Of a DNA stretch of 20,000 nucleotides, positions 6,849 through 14,597 are shown in pieces. The DNA is from an uncultured virus (IMG/VR IMGVR_UViG_3300007735_000782) (Duplodnaviria > Heunggongvirae > Uroviricota > Caudoviricetes): the IMG/VR virus record IMGVR_UViG_3300007735_000782, one strand, 5' to 3'. The translations under genes were made by a program, and so were the position numbers. The notes under the pieces were generated by a model. The model searched no databases. It had not been told where the DNA came from and saw only the letters and a program-made list of their open reading frames with translations. Numbering within the stretch: position 1 is the stretch's first letter; the number at the start of each line of letters is the position of its first letter.

Positions 6849-7813
6849 CCTCTTCTTATTTTCTTTACGATCCTAAATTTATGCAATCCCCCGCTGCTTT
6901 TGCTATGGCCGAACGTATGAATGGCATCTTCTCTCCCTTAGAGATTTTGCCTGAAGCTTTCACTAAAGCTTATGAACTTCCCATTGGTGAACATGTAGAG
7001 AAAAACTACAAAGGGCTTTCTTATCTTTCATGGCCTTTTGCTTTTCGCTACCTCAAAGAACAATTCCCTACATTATTTGTAGCTTTTGAAGAAAGCACTG
7101 TGGGGTGGCCAGTATTTGGTCAAACTGGATGTTGGCTATTGCGTCCATACTTAACTGATGGATGTCGTCGCACACCAGCTTTAGTGTTTCCCATTATGGA
7201 CAACAAACATAATGCAGTGAAAGAACTTGATGCTCGTCAAGTAAGCGACAACATTCAAAGGGCTAGCGTTAAATGTATTGCTACTTTCACTGGTTTAGGG
7301 CTCAAGCTGTATTCCGGTGAAGATATTCCTATTAATGATGAAAAAGAACCATCCAAACATGAAAAAGAACCATCTAAACTCCCGCTCCAACAGGAAGCAA
7401 CGAAGCCTGCTGCGAGGGCAGGCACGAAAGCAGCGCCAGTTGCGGAGCATGTTACTGCTCCTGGAGCAACAGGGCTTTCTGCGGCCAGTAGCACCAGTGA
7501 GTTCAATGGCAAAGAAGCGCTTCTTAGCTTCTGTCGAGCCAATCCCCTCGGCTATGGGGAGGAGCGCAGGAGCATGATTGCTGGTAAAACAGCGCTGGAA
7601 GCCCTTGGCCTTTCTAAAGGCGATGATATTAAAGATGCGGCAATGTTTGCCAATGTAGTAACCACCATGGTCACTGCATGGATCAAGGAAGAAGGGCTAA
7701 AGCTTACCAAAGCTCAAATGACTAGTGAATTGGACATTTTAAGAAAAGCTTGTGAAGTGTCAACGGAACAAGCAATCAAGGAGGTGGAGGTTTTTGTGCA
7801 GGGAAAGAAATAA
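6845..7813 (+). CDS. Sak3/DUF1071-family single-strand annealing protein (phage recombinase) with a C-terminal extension
   Basis: GLSYLSWPFA...IMDNKHNAV...VSDNIQRASVKCIA...GLGLKLYSGEDIP matches the Sak3/DUF1071 signature. An Ala/Pro-rich linker and helical C-domain follow. Exonuclease and SSB genes are nearby. Confidence 0.85.
   Translation: MTSSYFLYDPKFMQSPAAFAMAERMNGIFSPLEILPEAFTKAYELPIGEHVEKNYKGLSYLSWPFAFRYLKEQFPTLFVAFEESTVGWPVFGQTGCWLLRPYLTDGCRRTPALVFPIMDNKHNAVKELDARQVSDNIQRASVKCIATFTGLGLKLYSGEDIPINDEKEPSKHEKEPSKLPLQQEATKPAARAGTKAAPVAEHVTAPGATGLSAASSTSEFNGKEALLSFCRANPLGYGEERRSMIAGKTALEALGLSKGDDIKDAAMFANVVTTMVTAWIKEEGLKLTKAQMTSELDILRKACEVSTEQAIKEVEVFVQGKK
7338..7379 (+). repeat. 21-bp tandem duplication in the Sak3 linker
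   Basis: ATGAAAAAGAACCATCCAAAC / ATGAAAAAGAACCATCTAAAC, encoding EKEPSKH-EKEPSKL. Confidence 0.9.
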
Positions 7814-7899
7814 ATCTAGTGGTGGCTCGCTTTGCGCGAGCCTTTGCTGGCACTTATTCTCTTAATGAAAATGGTTCTTTATTTAATGAGGCATTATGA
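7786..7899 (+). other. Putative -1 programmed ribosomal frameshift cassette and 30-codon extension of Sak3
   Basis: GGAGG (7786-7790), 10 nt, in-frame G GGA AAG (7801-7807), 8 nt, hairpin (7816-7850). The -1 frame is open to TGA 7897-7899, which overlaps the ATG at 7896. Confidence 0.65.
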
Positions 7900-8153
7900 C
7901 AAGGGCTGAAATTCAACGACTAATTAAAGTGCTGCGGAATGCTTATGTTTGTTGTCACCAATGTGGCGATAAGTATGGTGTTTACAGTGTTGGTTGTTCG
8001 TCAATGTGGGAAGGAAAATGTGATGTTTGTGGTCAAACTAAAACCATCACTGAAACTAGGGACTGGGCTTATTTTATCACTGGCTTGCGTAAGCTTGATT
8101 TACAATTAGCGGACATTCCTAAAGGTAAACAAAAGAAAATATATAGCGAATGA
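7896..8153 (+). CDS. Small zinc-finger protein
   Basis: CHQC...CDVC cysteine pairs. GAGG RBS-like sequence upstream. ATGA overlap with the exonuclease. Confidence 0.75.
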   Translation: MTRAEIQRLIKVLRNAYVCCHQCGDKYGVYSVGCSSMWEGKCDVCGQTKTITETRDWAYFITGLRKLDLQLADIPKGKQKKIYSE

Positions 8154-8920
8154 AAAATCATCAACTTGTTCGCTATGAACCAAACCGAGTATCGCTAAAT
8201 AATCGTCGCCACTACCAGTGTAGCCAGTTCCCAAATGTTCCAGAAGGTATGCTGCTGCCTTCTGTTACCACTGTGTTGTCTTCTATGGCACCAGTTGGCA
8301 AGATCATGGCTTTGATCAATTGGCGGAAGCGAGTAGGAAACGATGAAGCAAATCGCCGCACAAGGCTTGCTGCTGATCGTGGCACTTGGATGCATGGCGT
8401 AATAGAAGATTTATTCAATGGTGAAGACATAGAAAATCATCTTGAACAAAATAAACAATGGCTGCCATATTACACTGCTGTTGAACCCTTCCTTGAATTA
8501 ATTGATAAGCCATTATTAGCTGAAAGCGCAGTGGCATGGTGGGGAGGAGACAGTGGCATTGGTTATTCAGGGACGTTAGATCAATTAGCACTTATGGCTG
8601 ATGGCGCCATTGCGCTAATGGATTGGAAAACCAGCTATAAGGTGAAGCCTGATTATCAACTGGCTGACTACAAGAAACAACTTGGTGCTTATTCAATGGC
8701 AGCAGAGCAAATGTATGGCATTGATATTGAAGCTGCATATTGCGTGATCAGCGTATATGACCCTGAAGAACCAGATCGTGAAGCAGAGCTACAAATATTA
8801 CAAATGGATGGCTTTGAGCTGGTGCAACAGCAAACCATCATGCAGGACACTATTAAGAGATATTTCAACCAGTTCTACCCAGGCGCAAAAGCATTTGCAT
8901 TAACCATGGATAAGGGGTAA
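8150..8920 (+). CDS. PD-(D/E)XK exonuclease (phage Cas4-like/MGME1-like)
   Basis: LPSVTTVLS, WRKRVG..EANR, AADRGTWMH, GYSGTLD, MDWKTS and QLGAY motifs. Confidence 0.88.
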   Translation: MKNHQLVRYEPNRVSLNNRRHYQCSQFPNVPEGMLLPSVTTVLSSMAPVGKIMALINWRKRVGNDEANRRTRLAADRGTWMHGVIEDLFNGEDIENHLEQNKQWLPYYTAVEPFLELIDKPLLAESAVAWWGGDSGIGYSGTLDQLALMADGAIALMDWKTSYKVKPDYQLADYKKQLGAYSMAAEQMYGIDIEAAYCVISVYDPEEPDREAELQILQMDGFELVQQQTIMQDTIKRYFNQFYPGAKAFALTMDKG

Positions 8921-8923
8921 TAT
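8895..8923 (+). promoter_or_regulatory. Promoter upstream of the SSB gene
   Basis: TTGCAT (8895-8900), 17 nt, TAATAT (8918-8923). Strong AAGGAG RBS precedes 8970. Confidence 0.6.
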
Positions 8924-8969
8924 ATGGGAGCCCAACCGGGCACCACCAACACTCCCAAGGAGAAACACC

Positions 8970-9218
8970 ATGGCCAACAGGCCCCCAATCACCGCTGCAA
9001 TCGACCTCACCCCTGATGTGCTTAATGCATTGAAGAAGGCTGGTCCTAATGAACGCGGTAACTATTCGCTTGATATGGCCGTATGGGTGAATGAAAAGCG
9101 CACTTCCGACAAGGCGCCCAATATGACGGGCTCTGTCAAGGTGAAAGGCGATAAGGATGGCCCTAAGGGCTATGCTTCCGTTTGGCAGAATGACGTTGAA
9201 ACTAACGACGTTTTTTAA
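8970..9218 (+). CDS. Short single-stranded DNA-binding protein (putative)
   Basis: Contains 'SDKAPNMTGSV' and 'GYASVW', has an acidic-aromatic tail NDVETNDVF, and follows the annealing protein and exonuclease. Confidence 0.65.
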   Translation: MANRPPITAAIDLTPDVLNALKKAGPNERGNYSLDMAVWVNEKRTSDKAPNMTGSVKVKGDKDGPKGYASVWQNDVETNDVF

Positions 9219-9221
9219 GCC

Positions 9222-9401
9222 ATGAAAACTACTGCCATTGTCTTGCTTGTTGTTGTTGCTGCTGGCTTGAGTTTGGCAGTAGCTTGTTTGGCCGCTTGGG
9301 CATTGACTGCCATATGGCCGTCTTTGCCCTTTTGGCCTGTTGCTTTTTTAAGCTGGATCGTAATTAGTGTTTTTAGTCGTTCCTCTGCACCATCGTCATG
9401 A
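9222..9401 (+). CDS. Small membrane protein, 59 aa, two predicted TM segments (not in ORF track)
   Basis: MKTTAIVLLVVVAAGLSLAVACLAAWALTAIWPSLPFWPVAFLSWIVISVFSRSSAPSS. ATGA overlap with dcd. Confidence 0.75.
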   Translation: MKTTAIVLLVVVAAGLSLAVACLAAWALTAIWPSLPFWPVAFLSWIVISVFSRSSAPSS

Positions 9402-9997
9402 CCTTGCTTAATGACAAACAAATCAGCAAATTAGCTGAAAATGACATTTTCTTGCCTTTCGTTGGCGAAAAACGAAGAGAGCTTGATAATGGCACAAAGG
9501 CTATTTCTTATGGCCTTTCACAATCAGGCTATGACATTCGATTGTCGTCTGTTGAATTTTTAATTTACGACTCTAATTTAACTTTAGAGAATTTCTTCGA
9601 TGGGCCAGTAATTGACCCGAAAGCTTATAATGGCAATCTTGAGGCAGCCCCATTAGTAGAAGAACCAAATGGTTCTTGTTATTTTGTTCTTCCTGCCAAT
9701 ACATTTGCGCTTGGAACTAGCCTTGAGCTAATATCAATGCCAAATGATGTATTTGCAATTTGTCAAGGAAAATCTACTTATGGCAGGTGTGGGCTTATTG
9801 CTAACATCCTTCCCATTGAACCCGGATGGACAGGCCATTTAACAATGTGCTTGGTAAATCCAACGGAAACTGCCATGCGCATTTATGCAAATGAAGGCAT
9901 TGCACAATTAGTGCTATTTGGCATCGATGAAACCAGTAAGCCTTATGAAGGCATCTATCAAAATCAATCGGCTAGAGTTCACCTAGCTGCAGTTTAA
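9398..9997 (+). CDS. dcd: dCTP deaminase
   Basis: ISYGLSQSGYDIRLS, GKSTYGRCG, PIEPGWTGHLT, IYANEGIAQL and YQNQ motifs. Confidence 0.92.
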   Translation: MTLLNDKQISKLAENDIFLPFVGEKRRELDNGTKAISYGLSQSGYDIRLSSVEFLIYDSNLTLENFFDGPVIDPKAYNGNLEAAPLVEEPNGSCYFVLPANTFALGTSLELISMPNDVFAICQGKSTYGRCGLIANILPIEPGWTGHLTMCLVNPTETAMRIYANEGIAQLVLFGIDETSKPYEGIYQNQSARVHLAAV

Positions 9998-10000
9998 CCA

Positions 10001-10366
10001 TTGAGCGCTCTTGAAGATCAATTCCTTAAGCTTTGGCAAGCACGATTTCCTAAGTTAATTCTTGAAAGAGAATTTTCTGATATTCCTGCATGGGAACAAG
10101 ATTATCAAGAGCGCTATACCAAAAGTAAACGTTCAAAAAGGTATCGTCTTGACTTTGCTCACACCAACAGTTGCACTGGCATCGAAATCCAGGGTGGCGT
10201 TTACATTCGTGGCCGTCATGTCACTGGCAGCGGTTATGAGCGTGATTGCCGCAAATACAATCTTGCGTATACGAGCAAATGGACAATCTTCCTTTTAACT
10301 AGCCAAATGGCCAAGGACGCCGCTTGGCTTTCAATAATTGCCGCTCACATTGCATCTGCTCAATAG
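10001..10366 (+). CDS. DUF559/Vsr-like PD-(D/E)XK endonuclease
   Basis: SALE..F, RYRLDFA, IEIQGG, RH..GSGYERDCRKYNLA...WTIF. TTG start. Confidence 0.8.
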   Translation: MSALEDQFLKLWQARFPKLILEREFSDIPAWEQDYQERYTKSKRSKRYRLDFAHTNSCTGIEIQGGVYIRGRHVTGSGYERDCRKYNLAYTSKWTIFLLTSQMAKDAAWLSIIAAHIASAQ

Positions 10367-10670
10367 TATCGCTTGCTTGAGTCATTATTTCTTCTGCTGC
10401 TTTTAAATCAGCAGCTTGTATTGATAAAGCTTGACGCAATTGTAAATTTTCTAACACTAATTTCTGCAATGCAGTTTGTAATGCGGACCAGCCTTGTAAT
10501 AAGTTTAATGTTACTGGCTTAAGTTGAGACAGGTCTGAACATTCATTAATTGCCCTGGTATTAACCGTAAGGGCAAATTCACGTTCTGCTGAATGCTCAA
10601 ATGGTCCCATAGCAACAATTCGTTTCCGACCATTGTAGATCATTTCCACCGGTAGGCAATACTCAGCCAT
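10299..10670 (-). CDS. Hypothetical coiled-coil protein (start uncertain: 10670 or 10643)
   Basis: Long heptad-rich ORF antisense to the operon, overlapping the endonuclease 3' end by 68 nt. Confidence 0.6.
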   Translation of the reverse strand: MAEYCLPVEMIYNGRKRIVAMGPFEHSAEREFALTVNTRAINECSDLSQLKPVTLNLLQGWSALQTALQKLVLENLQLRQALSIQAADLKAAEEIMTQASDTIEQMQCERQLLKAKRRPWPFG

Positions 10671-11022
10671 GCCAAAAAGATTTTTATTTGTTACTAGGCT
10701 ACAACTAACCGATGGTCGCAAGCGGTTTGTACAGCCAGTGGACAATGGTGAAAATGCCGAAATTGCACGTCCGGTTTCCCGCCGCTACTCCATTGAAAAG
10801 CTTCCAAAAGGCTATGAATGGACTATGGGAGAGCCTGTGGTATTGATGGCTTGCACTAGCTTTGGCTATGTTCCCACGTCAATTTACGGTTTATTCATGG
10901 GCTTCACGCAAGGATGCAATGGAAGAAAAGCTGCAATCGTCCAATGGGAAAAGAAAAATGCTTTGATTTCTGATATAGTCGCCATACAACGCATTCGCCC
11001 AACAGCGTTTCTCCCCAAATGA
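10669..11022 (+). CDS. Hypothetical protein
   Basis: 117-aa ORF, ATGA-coupled to the next gene. Confidence 0.6.
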   Translation: MPKRFLFVTRLQLTDGRKRFVQPVDNGENAEIARPVSRRYSIEKLPKGYEWTMGEPVVLMACTSFGYVPTSIYGLFMGFTQGCNGRKAAIVQWEKKNALISDIVAIQRIRPTAFLPK

Positions 11023-11270
11023 CAAGCTCTCCTGCTGAACAGGTGCCTTACACTCTTTCTCAGTTGTTAGATGAATGTGCTTTGAGCAGCATGATGGCAT
11101 TGGTAAATGCTTATGCTCCTGAAGAATGGCCAATAGAGCGAGAAAAAGCAGATCAATGGTGTGATTTTATAGCGAAAACGTCATATCACATGGCTGCATC
11201 AATGATGGATGCACGATCCACTTTTTATGATGCACTGGCTGCAGTAGCAGAGAAAACAAATGATTGCTGA
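11019..11270 (+). CDS. Hypothetical phage protein
   Basis: 83-aa ORF with 'IAKTSYHMAASMMDAR', a pattern common in small phage ORFs. Overlaps the thyX start. Confidence 0.75.
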   Translation: MTSSPAEQVPYTLSQLLDECALSSMMALVNAYAPEEWPIEREKADQWCDFIAKTSYHMAASMMDARSTFYDALAAVAEKTNDC

Positions 11271-11961
11271 TCCATTGGGCGATGGTAAAAGCTCTTTGCA
11301 ATTGATTGATTCAATGGGAAATAGTCTCTCAGTAGTAAATGATGCTCGTCAATCTTTTGATTCTGAAAGTGCTGAATGGTCAGATCGCGATGGCAAGCTT
11401 CTTCGTTACCTAGCAAAACACCACCACACTTCCCCTTTTCGAGGGGTGGTATTTAAATGGGCAGTGAAGGCTCCTTTGTTTGTGGCAAGGCAATGGTGGA
11501 AACATACAATTGCTTCCACTTATGTTGATGATCAATTGGGCTGGAACGAAAAAAGTTTTCGTTATTGTGCTGCTGATGAATCTGAATTTTACATTCCCAT
11601 GGAATTCATGCAGCAAAGCACAAATAACAGGCAGGCGTCAGCAGGGCCTCTTGATACCACTAACCAGCTTCTGGCTCTTATTCAGTATTCACAGGCGGTG
11701 GAGGCTTGCAGGCAGGCTTATGAGGGCCTTTTACTGACAGGCGTAAGCAAAGAGCAGGCCAGGGCTATCCTGCCCTCAGCTCTTTATACAAGCTTTGTTT
11801 GGACCTGTTCCTTACAAGCTTTATTTCATTTCATTTCCTTGCGCATCGGCCATGGTGCTCAAGGAGAAATCACGGCTTATGCTAAATCATTGCTTGAACT
11901 AGGCCATTCAGTAGCTCCTGAAGCATTTGATGCCTTTGCTGAAAACAACTATCAATTTTAA
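11260..11961 (+). CDS. thyX: FAD-dependent thymidylate synthase
   Basis: VVNDARQS, HHHTSPF, APLFVARQWWKH...WNEKSFRY, GVSKEQARAILP, FISLR and AQGEI motifs. Confidence 0.95.
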   Translation: MIADPLGDGKSSLQLIDSMGNSLSVVNDARQSFDSESAEWSDRDGKLLRYLAKHHHTSPFRGVVFKWAVKAPLFVARQWWKHTIASTYVDDQLGWNEKSFRYCAADESEFYIPMEFMQQSTNNRQASAGPLDTTNQLLALIQYSQAVEACRQAYEGLLLTGVSKEQARAILPSALYTSFVWTCSLQALFHFISLRIGHGAQGEITAYAKSLLELGHSVAPEAFDAFAENNYQF

Positions 11962-11963
11962 TC

Positions 11964-12287
11964 ATGAACGATCCCGTTAATTCACCATTGCATTACACTG
12001 CTGGTCGAATCGAATGTATAGATACAATTGAAGCTTCTATGACTCCACAAGGATTCAAAGGATTCCTTAAAGGTAATTGCATTAAATATTTACATCGTTA
12101 TGAAAATAAAAATGGTAAAGAAGATTTATTAAAATGCCAATGGTACTTAGCGCAATTATTGGCTTATCTTGATCGTGAAGATAGTTTTAGAAAATCAATT
12201 GAAGAAGCCGCTAGTAGTGTTTTAAATACTGCCGCTAATCCTGATGATTACATGGTACGCCATGGCCCTTCAGAACGCTTGCGATAA
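11964..12287 (+). CDS. DUF3310 family protein (T7 gp1.7-like nucleotide kinase / SaV-like)
   Basis: DPVNSPLHY..GRIECID...FLKGNCIKYLHRY..KNGKEDLLKCQWYL. Confidence 0.88.
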   Translation: MNDPVNSPLHYTAGRIECIDTIEASMTPQGFKGFLKGNCIKYLHRYENKNGKEDLLKCQWYLAQLLAYLDREDSFRKSIEEAASSVLNTAANPDDYMVRHGPSERLR

Positions 12288-12767
12288 TTAAACAACACAC
12301 CATTGAGTTGAAGGAAAAGGAGTAATTACTATTCCTTGTTCATGCAATGGTAATGCACGTTGAGTGGCTTCACACCAAGCTTCCCAATCAGATAAATCAG
12401 TGTGAGCCGAAACATAACTATTGTTATATATCCAACTCATTAATACTTTCTCGCGAGAAAGTGACCAAAATCTTTGAGGACGCCACCATTCAAATAATGG
12501 TAAATTACCTTTGCTTGCATTGCAATCCAAACAAGACGGTGCATTATTCCATTTTGCAAAGTGTGGCCCTCCTTTGCTCTTAGGAATGATATGATCAATT
12601 GTTAATTTTTCAGTCCACTTGCCGCAATAAGCGCAAGCGCAATGGCCTAATGGTCCTTTCGTTGGGAAGTCTTCAAAAATACTTTTTCTATATCGACGCT
12701 TAGCATCACCGGGGCGTAATTCAGTAAGCGAATGGAGAAGTTCTTCAGGCCCATTGCTTATCCCCAT
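12288..12767 (-). CDS. HNH endonuclease
   Basis: CAYCG...TIDHIIPKSKGG...NNAPSCLDCNASKG. Confidence 0.92.
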   Translation of the reverse strand: MGISNGPEELLHSLTELRPGDAKRRYRKSIFEDFPTKGPLGHCACAYCGKWTEKLTIDHIIPKSKGGPHFAKWNNAPSCLDCNASKGNLPLFEWWRPQRFWSLSREKVLMSWIYNNSYVSAHTDLSDWEAWCEATQRALPLHEQGIVITPFPSTQWCVV

Positions 12768-12851
12768 GGTGATATTTGATTGGCTTGTTTTAAGCTTAAA
12801 GCCAAATTTTCATGATGGTGAGAGTGATAGAATAGATAAAAGAATTGATTT

Positions 12852-13067
12852 ATGATCATGAACCCTTGGCAAGCAAAGCTCGCAGATTTTGCAGTGGTGC
12901 TAACTGCAGGCATGCTTCTAGCCACTGGAGGCATGATGATGAGCGTTGGTCATCAGCAAGTAAAGATCACCACGCAAATTGAAATGATAATTGAAAAGCT
13001 AGACATGCTAACGGAAAACATGAAAGTAATGGAAGAGCGTGTTCGCTCTTTGGAAATTAAACGCTAA
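12852..13067 (+). CDS. Small membrane-anchored coiled-coil protein in the lysis region
   Basis: N-terminal TM segment plus coiled coil. Extended -10 TG-A-TAGAAT at 12825-12833. Confidence 0.7.
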   Translation: MIMNPWQAKLADFAVVLTAGMLLATGGMMMSVGHQQVKITTQIEMIIEKLDMLTENMKVMEERVRSLEIKR

Positions 13068-13092
13068 GCTAGATCTAAACGCTTTACTTCCC

Positions 13093-13236
13093 ATGGAACC
13101 TCTTCAGTGGTTTGTTATTGGTGGCATCATCGTTGCTGCTGCAGATCAAATTCTTGATAATTCCCCTTGGAAAAGCAACAACATTTTGCAATTGATCATG
13201 GACACCCTTAAGACTTTCTTCCGCGCTAGCAAGTGA
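13093..13236 (+). CDS. Small holin-like membrane protein
   Basis: MEPLQWFVIGGIIVAAADQILDNSPWKSNNILQLI... GTGA-coupled to the endolysin. Confidence 0.6.
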   Translation: MEPLQWFVIGGIIVAAADQILDNSPWKSNNILQLIMDTLKTFFRASK

Positions 13237-14183
13237 CCATTGTTGCTAATACTTGGCAAGGCGTTAGCCTCTATGCTCGTAGCGTAGGGGCTAAATTTCC
13301 TGAACTTGTTGCGGCTCAATGGGCCGTAGAAAGTGGTTTTGGTAAGCATTTTTCTGGCAAATGGAATGCTTTTGGCCTTAAAGGCGTTGGTAGTCAACGT
13401 ACCACTCAAGAATGGTACGATGGTCAATGGGTGACAATTAATGATGGTTTCATTGATTTTCCTAATCTTGCTGCTTGCATTGAATATTTAATCAACCATT
13501 GGTATAAAGATTGGCAATCTTATAAAGGCGTTAATCGAGCTCATAATCGTTACGAAGCAGCTCGTATGCTAAAAGAACAAAGTTATGCCACTGATCCTGA
13601 TTATCCAGCTAAATTATCGCGGCTGATGAAAGAGTATGCTCCTGAATCCATTGCTAACCCTACTATGACACTCATCGGACCTAAAAAACGCCCTCAAGAT
13701 TTTGGTTTTAAAGTTGGTGATCATCATTTAGTAGTAAATGATGCCAATGAAATCATGAAAGCGTTTTCTTTTAGTGGAACGCTTCTATGGCAAATTCCTT
13801 GTTTAGCTCGTGGGCAATATTCAGACAAAGAATGGACGATTACTAATTCTGACACGCCAGTAGGTTTATATCGTGTTGGTGATATTTATCGTGATTATGA
13901 ACAAGCAGGAAATAATGCTGCATATGATCGCACCTTAATGAGCTTTGGCTGGTACAGCTTAGATATGGTGGAGCTGGAGAACCAAGAGAATAAGCATGGC
14001 AGAGCTGGAATTATGCTCCATGGTGGCGGTAGTGCCTGCGGATGGCCTGGTGCATGGGCACCAAATCAACAACTATTTCCGACTCATGGTTGCGTAAGAG
14101 TGAAGAACATTGATCTTCGTGATAAAATTGTGCCATTAGCTAAAACTGGTGCAATATTTATTAGTGTTTATCAAGAGGCATGA
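13233..14183 (+). CDS. Endolysin: GH73 glucosaminidase domain + YkuD/L,D-transpeptidase-like domain
   Basis: N-terminal half: AAQWAVESGFG, NAFGLK, YATDPDYPAKL. C-terminal half: DTPVGLY, IMLHGGG, THGCVRV. Confidence 0.85.
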   Translation: MTIVANTWQGVSLYARSVGAKFPELVAAQWAVESGFGKHFSGKWNAFGLKGVGSQRTTQEWYDGQWVTINDGFIDFPNLAACIEYLINHWYKDWQSYKGVNRAHNRYEAARMLKEQSYATDPDYPAKLSRLMKEYAPESIANPTMTLIGPKKRPQDFGFKVGDHHLVVNDANEIMKAFSFSGTLLWQIPCLARGQYSDKEWTITNSDTPVGLYRVGDIYRDYEQAGNNAAYDRTLMSFGWYSLDMVELENQENKHGRAGIMLHGGGSACGWPGAWAPNQQLFPTHGCVRVKNIDLRDKIVPLAKTGAIFISVYQEA

Positions 14184-14578
14184 ACAAAGATATTCCATTC
14201 AATGCATTGTGTTACGAAATAGCTTTATTTGCTATTCGCAAATGGCCTCCGCTTGCTTTTAATCCATGGGTGAAGGCTTTATTGGCTTGGTGTAAGCCTG
14301 ATTGGGCTCGATGGAAAACAGAACAAACTATAAAAAAAGTAGATGAACAAGCTACTGATTTAGTTAAGCAATGGGAAAAAGAAGAAAGGGCTGCTGTTGC
14401 AACAAAGCTTGCAACTAAAGCTCAGGAGCTGTTTCCTGCCGCTGAAATCACTCCAATGCCCAATGCTATTGTTCCTTCCGTGATGATCGTTCACGAGGCT
14501 CCTCAAGGTGCTAGCGATGGCGTGAAAGCTTTAGGCGGTGAATTACGCATCACCTGGACCTTAGATGATTTAAAATAA
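14180..14578 (+). CDS. Hypothetical protein in the lysis cassette
   Basis: 132-aa ORF, ATGA-coupled to the endolysin. Confidence 0.75.
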   Translation: MNKDIPFNALCYEIALFAIRKWPPLAFNPWVKALLAWCKPDWARWKTEQTIKKVDEQATDLVKQWEKEERAAVATKLATKAQELFPAAEITPMPNAIVPSVMIVHEAPQGASDGVKALGGELRITWTLDDLK

Positions 14579-14597
14579 AACAATCACCGTCATTTAT

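Noticed and set aside
9215..9421. 68-aa minus ORF from the ORF track
   Set aside because: It is the shadow of the plus-strand 59-aa membrane protein (9222..9401), which is coupled to dcd.
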